Positions 57,383-64,000 of a DNA stretch of 64,000 nt are shown piece by piece. Both the position numbers and the translations under genes were made by a program. The notes under the pieces were generated by a model, which was not told where the DNA came from, searched no databases, and saw only the letters and a program-made list of their open reading frames with translations. The stretch is from Anthoceros angustus (taxonomy: Eukaryota; Plantae; Anthocerotophyta): positions 744,001-808,000 of the forward strand of contig VJWM01000119.1 of assembly GCA_010909165.1 (NCBI GenBank). Reading direction: 5' to 3'. How positions within the stretch are numbered: position 1 is the first letter of the stretch; the number at the start of each line of letters is the position of its first letter.

Positions 57383-60300
57383 CGGGATTACGATAAAGCC
57401 TTAACACCTGCTAGTTACGCTAAAACGGCTCTGAAGTAGTAGCAACGGTAGGTTCACTGAACACGGTCATCATTCATTTAACCTCAAATGCCTAAAATAG
57501 GCCCATTACAAATTCCGATGCATCCACCTCAACTTATGCCATCATTTTCTAAAGCGGTGGCTGCACTCTCATTCAAGGTCCATCGGTCAATTCAATATCC
57601 TATTCCACTCCCATCATCGCACTTGCATTATGATAAATCATCAATTGTAAATCATCCAACACCACCGTACCACCTTATGTCACATGTCTATAATTGTGGG
57701 TGTGACTTTGATCTTGATTCAAAGTGCGGTTCTTCCTCGCATGCACAGCTCTTGAAAATTTGCCGATGTTGAAGCGGTGGAAGGAGTTCTTGAAGTCAAA
57801 GGACTTGGATGCTATCGGTCGGGCGAGCGAGATTCCTCCGATATGCAACACTCCACAGCATGCGTCGGTGGCGGGCGTCGCGCAAGCACTATTTGCATAT
57901 TGACATTCCATGGCTTGAGATGTGTATCATTTGAACTACGGCGCATCAAGGTTCTTGAAATGCCATATCAAGGTGTTCAAGATGAAGAGGAGAACTAGAT
58001 GAAGGTACGTCGTGCAAACTCGTGCGAAATCGATTGCATTCAAAGGCTCTTGTTAACATGATTCCGGATGTGTGTTATTCGTCTGCGGTGCACGGCCTCC
58101 ACCACTTCGCCGCGATAAGCGCATCCATTCCAAAGACACCCTGCTTTCAATATGTTGGATTCCATTCACGGAAGTCCTTCTCCGGAGACAGCCTCGCCGT
58201 ACATCCCGACCATCCGCAAGACTACTCCTCCGGAAGTGCTCCACGCAGCACGACACGCCCGTCGGATATGGCCGCTTGTTGGGGTGAATGCCAACTCGGT
58301 TTGCAGACCGGTTGTATCTAGAAGATACCTGTTTCCACCTGCTGTGGCCCCAGGACGTTCGGTGGAACCTGTTGTGGAGGAAGAGGACTCGGATGATGCA
58401 TTTGAACATCCACCTCCAAAGGCGTACATATAATTTGAAGCCGGGTCCGAATCATTTATCGAGCATGGCGAGACCACCACGTAGGCATACAGTAGGCAAT
58501 CTAAAGTGCACGAGATGAAATGTGAAGAGGTTCGTATTACCGTGATTTTCGCAAAACTGTTGTGGTAGACAATGCTTGAGGACAATAGGGAAGGCAACCT
58601 TTGAGATTTGAGGTATCGGTTCCTTAGAATGTGCGGGGGGCGGAGATGCACCTACAATCCCTTTTGATGTCGATTATGAGAGCGATGGAAGGGTTAGGGT
58701 AGACTCGTTTCTTGTCGGACGAGGAAAAGTGTATTGTTGTAGAGAGGCCTTGACGCGTTTATTGTATCGGGTCTGGCAGTGCGAAGAAGCAGCGAGAGCG
58801 ATCGGAAACATTGCGTGGTGCCCGCCTGCGTCGGCGACGAATCACATCAGACTCGTGGATGAACCAACTGTTTATGCTTATTGCCGAGAATGCCAAACAT
58901 TGAAGTGTATCACCTTCCGACTCTTACTCAAAAGGCGAGGTGTTTCAAGAATACAAGCAACATATGCGGCCTCAAGATCTGATGTTTCTCATTCCTACTT
59001 TTGTCGACTTTGGGCTACGCACACAAGGTGAAAATTCAAGAGCAATCGGTTTGCCTTGTGCACAACTGCGATTACCTCAAGCGAAATATAAAAGCGAGAA
59101 AAGCAGAGAAAAACAAGGTGAGGCTTGATGTGAAATTGTGTTTTGGCAATGGTGCGGTGGAGGTAGTGTGCGCTCGGTGGCGCCGTCGCGGTCGGCGCCT
59201 CGGCGATAAATAACGGCCTGGACGGCCGAGGCGTAGTTGTGAAGTCGCGGTCACGGCGCACAGATTTCGGTGTTCCTTCCAGGCGGCGGTTTATTCCTCA
59301 ACGTTGTTTGGGTGATTATTTTGCGAAGCATTTGAAGGCGATCGCGAGGCGCAAGTCCGAGAGAGAAAAATGCATCAAGCACCGCGTGAAATGTTATGGA
59401 GACCGGCAAAGTATATCGGGATATCCATCGACGGATGGACCAAGAAGACCGCTTCCACATTTCACGCGTTTACCCAAGGACTGTCGGATGTAGGTTTGAT
59501 CGGCGTCCATGTTGTGGGGTGCATGATTTATAACTACACCATGTCGGAACTCTTCATGGCATACGGAACATCCGAGCGATGCAAACGACTATAGCCAATA
59601 TCCGATGTCATTTCAAATTACGAGGACTACTACCAAAGGTTCTTTATCTTCAACTCGACAATCGCGGGAGAATAAGAATGCGCTATTCGCACGAATATGT
59701 TGGTAGAGCTTAAGGTTTTGAGAAGGTAAAAGTAGGATTCCTCCGGTTGGGCACACTCATGACCAGTTGACGGATGTTTTCGAGGTTTTCAAGTGCTTGC
59801 GAAGGAAGCTTTCGTTGCCCAAAGTGACGGTATTTTGGAGAATGCATATACGCCCAAACCAAAAATTATGGAGGTGAAAGAAGTTCCGGACTTAAAGTTT
59901 GTGTGGCCAATACCTTATGGTAAGGCTGGCTATAAACAGTTCTTTTGAAAACAGTTGCACAATATATCTTTTCGACATCAGTTCAAAATAACCCGAGAAA
60001 AGCGAGGTGAGCGGACTTATTCGTGATGAGGGGTAAACAATATTCCAGATGAATCTGGTCACCGGACGAGGGTTTGGAGTTTTGAATAATGTCCCATCTA
60101 CTCCTATTCAAGCTCGTTTGGTTCATTTGGAGGTCCAGTAAAAGCGGTTGCGGAGGGAGAGATCCCGAAGAAGTCTTGCACAATGCGTGGGAAACTAGAG
60201 GAAAACTCGGGACCCATTTGGGCGGTGAGGATATTTGGTGGGAGGAATTCAGGTGAGCAATCACCATCGTGGACAAGATAGCATGTGAGCATCTTGAGGA

Positions 60301-61663
60301 ATTGAAGACCCCTTGGCAGTAGTGCGATAGAACACATAATGAAGAGTTGCATCGCCTGGTTGTACAGGGTGAGATTTTACAGCATCAATCGTTCGCAAGT
60401 GCCCGGACATGTATGTTGGAGCGTACCGGCGGGATGATGCGCGGGAACAAGAAAGCTTGAGCGGCGATGTGTTGGAGATACAAAGCAGTCACATGATTGC
60501 GGTGCCTTGTGAGACAGATCCATTACGGCTCGCAAAAGTTCTGGTGGACTTCCAATGTGACGCCCATTCATTAAAGTCCATTGGTGGGTGACTAAATGCA
60601 CCGCATTTGAAGGCGGTACCTAGAGGAGATGATTTTACGATCACCACCAGCGCGGCTCGTGGTCGCTCTCAACGACGGAGCATGAGGTTGCGGAAACACG
60701 TCGACAAATTGCTTCTTTTCGGACACATTCATCTTGGCATACGGGTTTTCTCTAACAAAGCGAAGCAACTAAATGCAAGGACCCGAACCATAATACGGAA
60801 AAACATATACGTTTTGCGCTCTGTGCGAGGAGGAAGCTCGGAACATATGGAAGGAAGGGCGCTGCGGATGATGGCGTTGCGAGAAGATGTTGCATCGGGC
60901 GAGGACATTGAAACACTTGATGAACATGGTTCATGGAGTTGATTAGTTAGTTTTTGATTGACCATGGACTCCTACTAGTCTTTGGTGTGGGAAGGTATGT
61001 CGCCGGTGCGACTTCTCAGTGGATAGGTTGTGTGTTCCCCATGGACATAAGCGGCTTAACCAAGTGCAGTATGGGCACACAAAATGACGGTACAACAAAA
61101 TTTGCGATTATGTTCCAAATCGGCCAAAACCGTGTCTCTATTCGATGGACCTTATTTTTTAGGACAACACATGATAAGACCGGCTGTCGACAAATGTTCA
61201 AACGCATCCACGATTCGGTCCCACACTTTTTAAAGTTTTGGAGGAATGAATTCAAAGACAATAATTTTTTGGCCACGTTCTTTTCGGTCCTGTCGAAAAG
61301 TGGATGCCAAATTTCTTCAAAACCCGCAATAACGTACATGGTTTTCTGGGACATGCTTTTTTTTGGATATGATGATGGGAAAGTTTACTGCCTTTTGCCC
61401 AGCAGCCCATTTCAACGGAATCCGCCGATATTGCACAGACTCTGTTGAAGCATGAAGTGATTGTCTTGTTGTCAAGAAGTTTGGTCCTGAGAAAGAACAC
61501 GTAGATTTGCAAAAATGTTCCCGCAGGTTAATCACAAGAGATAGCACGATTACCTAAGTGCTACTACCAAAGTGCATGCATGCACACATACAGATTGCCT
61601 ACCCTTCCGCACGGAGATTTTACCATTCCCTCTTCGAAACGGGCCATCTCCGCAAGCCTAGAC

Positions 61664-61840
61664 TGTGAGATGTGAAGAACCTCTTATGGCAAGAAGGTTC
61701 GAGCATAACAAGAGCACGTGAAATGTAAATAAAACTTTTATGGCAAGAAGGTTGGATCATAACAAGAGGGTGTGAAATGTAAAGAAACCTCTTATGGTAA
61801 GAAGATTGGATCATAACAAGAGGGTGTGAAATGTAAAGGT
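61664..61840. repeat. ~54-bp tandem repeat, ~3.3 copies
   Basis: gtgaaatgtaaagaaacctcttatggcaagaaggttggatcataacaagaggg starts at ~61665, 61718, 61772 and 61826. Confidence 0.85.
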
Positions 61841-62863
61841 GGCCACTAAGATCTCAAGTGCCCATGACCAGAATCTAACTGCAAGCCTGTGAAATATATA
61901 TGTTGAAGTCGCTATCAAAGTAAGAGGGTTGGAAAAAAGCATGTGGAGAGGCTTGAAAATATAAACTCAAGTTTAAAATAATGTATTCTACCCAGAATCT
62001 ACATACGTTTATTCCAAATTGAGCAATTTGATTATAGCTTTGAGATGTTGTTCTGGAGTTAGGGCACGTTAGACTCCCTTGGGCGAGCTAGGGCATGTGA
62101 CTCCCTCGGGCAAGCTAGAAGAAGAAGAAGAAAAATTTTATTTAAGTCCACTAAGGACGAATTTCCGTCATGGGACTAGGGCACATTACACTCCCTCGGG
62201 CAAGCTATCTCGTATGTGAGACCATCCATTGTATTGGATTGATTAATCCTAAGATATCATAACTGAATAAATGATAAAATATCTGACCTTGATAAATCAC
62301 TTTAAAAAATAGAAAGATAATTCTTTAGAATATTTTATACAAATATACTTATAGTCACTTACAAAAGAATAAGTCAATTTATAAATATGCAAAGATGAGA
62401 AGTCCTATCTACACCAAGTCCCACTCAAAATGAGTTTTAAAATATCGAACTCAAATGCTATCTATATATGCAATGATCTCCATACCAGATAACTATCAAA
62501 TGAATTTTGTTTTGGGTTTTGAGGGCTTTCTTGATATCTTAATCAGGATTCATTACGAAGTTCTTGTGATATTTGGTTCAGCACGATTGTCAGGTTCTTG
62601 GTGATATTTTCGTCAGCATAATTGTTACGTTTGTGGGACAGGTTGTGATAGCTTGATCTGCTAGCAGCATTGTGATTTAGTTGCTGGAGAAAGCGTGGGT
62701 CGATCGGGCAAGGCTGCTAATGCGGTTGTCTAATAGTTATGTGAGAATGCTGAAAAAGATGGCAAGCGTGGGTTCCTGGATAATGATGATGCTGAAAAAG
62801 ATGGCTAGCGTGGGACGTTCTTGGATGGTGATGATGCTAAAAGAGAGGCCAAAATGCCATGGG

Positions 62864-64000
62864 ATGGATGGAGTGGATCCGGATCTGGAGGTAGAGCTGC
62901 CTCACGATGTTGTGGCCTCGATCCAGGCCCGGCTACCGTTGGTGAGCCTGCTGCGATCGCGCGCGGTGTGCAAATCCTGGAATGAGGCTCTGGCATCGCC
63001 GAGGTTGTTGAAGGAGCATCTAGAAGCCCGTGGAGGAGAGCAGGATTATATGTTGTGTGTAGTAGGAAGATGCGACTCCGACCCCATCTGTTGCATCTAT
63101 CATCCCTCATCCTGCACAGTCTTTTGCGGCTCACAGCTCTGAGGCCCAAATCCCACGATGGATGCGCCAGTCGCGGACCCGTGCGAGAATCGCGGATTTT
63201 GCCGGGGGAATTATGGATGCTGGCTGGTCCAAGGGGTCGGCGGCCGGCGGTGTGCTTGTGTCCGTGATGTACACGCTGCTATCAGGGGAGGGCTTGGTGG
63301 TCTCACTGTAGGCAGCAAAATTGGCTCTCTTGGGCACAGGTGCGGCCCTCCCAGCCGGCCTCGCGCTCCACCAGGTATTGGGCGTATTGATGGACGCCAC
63401 GGCGCACTCCTTCAAGCTTGTGGCAGTGGAGGAGAGGTGGGATATGGCTCCGCCTTGTCGTCGGACCTATGTCATGGACTCCGCGCTCGGGACATGGAGT
63501 GTCAACACAACCCGACTCCACGCCCCCAAGTTCGTCAACTTCATGGCCGGGCAGGGAGTGTTTATGGGCACCATGCTCTACTGCATTGCCACAAGGTGGT
63601 GCAATCTCTGCACCTACGACTTGGAGCAGGCCCAATGGGAATGGCTGCAAGTAGACATGCCTCCTGGCTTGGCCATGTTTGACACCAAACTTGTCCGCGT
63701 GCGGGATCGGTTGCTGTGTGTGACCCAGGATGGGGACCATGAGCAGCAACAACGCCCCGAGGGCTATTCGATTTTGCACATCTTGGAGCTGGATTTCGGG
63801 CGCATGTCCTGGACGGCGGTGGACGCCATGCCCGCTTCCATTGCCGCCGAATTCTGGAAGCCATGCATGAGTTCGTTCACTGGCAGGATCGGGCGGGAGG
63901 TTGTTAACCGCATCAAGGTCGTGGCGGGTCAAGCCTCTGAGGTGTACATCATGCATGACATGCTGGACAGGATCTTGGCTGTAGATTTGGGACACACGCC
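62864..64000 (+). CDS. F-box protein with a kelch/F-box-associated beta-propeller; frameshift near 63110 and in-frame TAG near 63310; runs off the window end
   Basis: ELPHDVVASIQARLPLVSLLRSRAVCKSWN F-box. The downstream frame gives SFKLVAV...YVMDSALGTW...GVFMGTMLY...TYDLEQAQW...MP...KLVRVRDRLLCV...ILELD...W..VDAMP. Confidence 0.8.

Noticed and set aside
63303-63995. 230-aa minus-strand ORF
   Set aside because: Antisense shadow of the plus-strand F-box propeller domain.

Overview
Eukaryotic land-plant nuclear DNA, most consistent with a hornwort or another plant that performs U-to-C organelle RNA editing (inferred from the PPR type). Bases 1-24 kb hold a cluster of four intronless PLS-class PPR genes. 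Three have visible DYW:KP-type deaminase domains (KPAVA box, HAEKLA, CxxCH, C-termini SRP/GRL/GRP); the fourth runs off the window edge. All four carry an N-terminal motif matching the 'PDF' motif of organellar ssDNA-binding (OSB) proteins. Their near-identical 306-nt PLS triplets vary in number and in the RNA-recognition residues. Interspersed are PPR debris in both orientations, a small Alba-like gene and an unknown coiled-coil gene. A three-exon CYP71-clan P450 lies at 25.1-27.0 kb. Bases 28.6-61.9 kb are a transposon graveyard: unclassified repeats, Ty3/gypsy fragments, a CACTA Tnp2 plus a TnpA-like gene and, next to them, a frameshifted gene joining a ParB-like domain to a bacterial-type beta-class N6A/N4C DNA methyltransferase. 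An F-box gene starts at the right edge. Caveat: five 1.0-1.5 kb tandem duplications and many homopolymer deletions suggest long-read assembly errors, so frameshifts here do not prove pseudogenisation.
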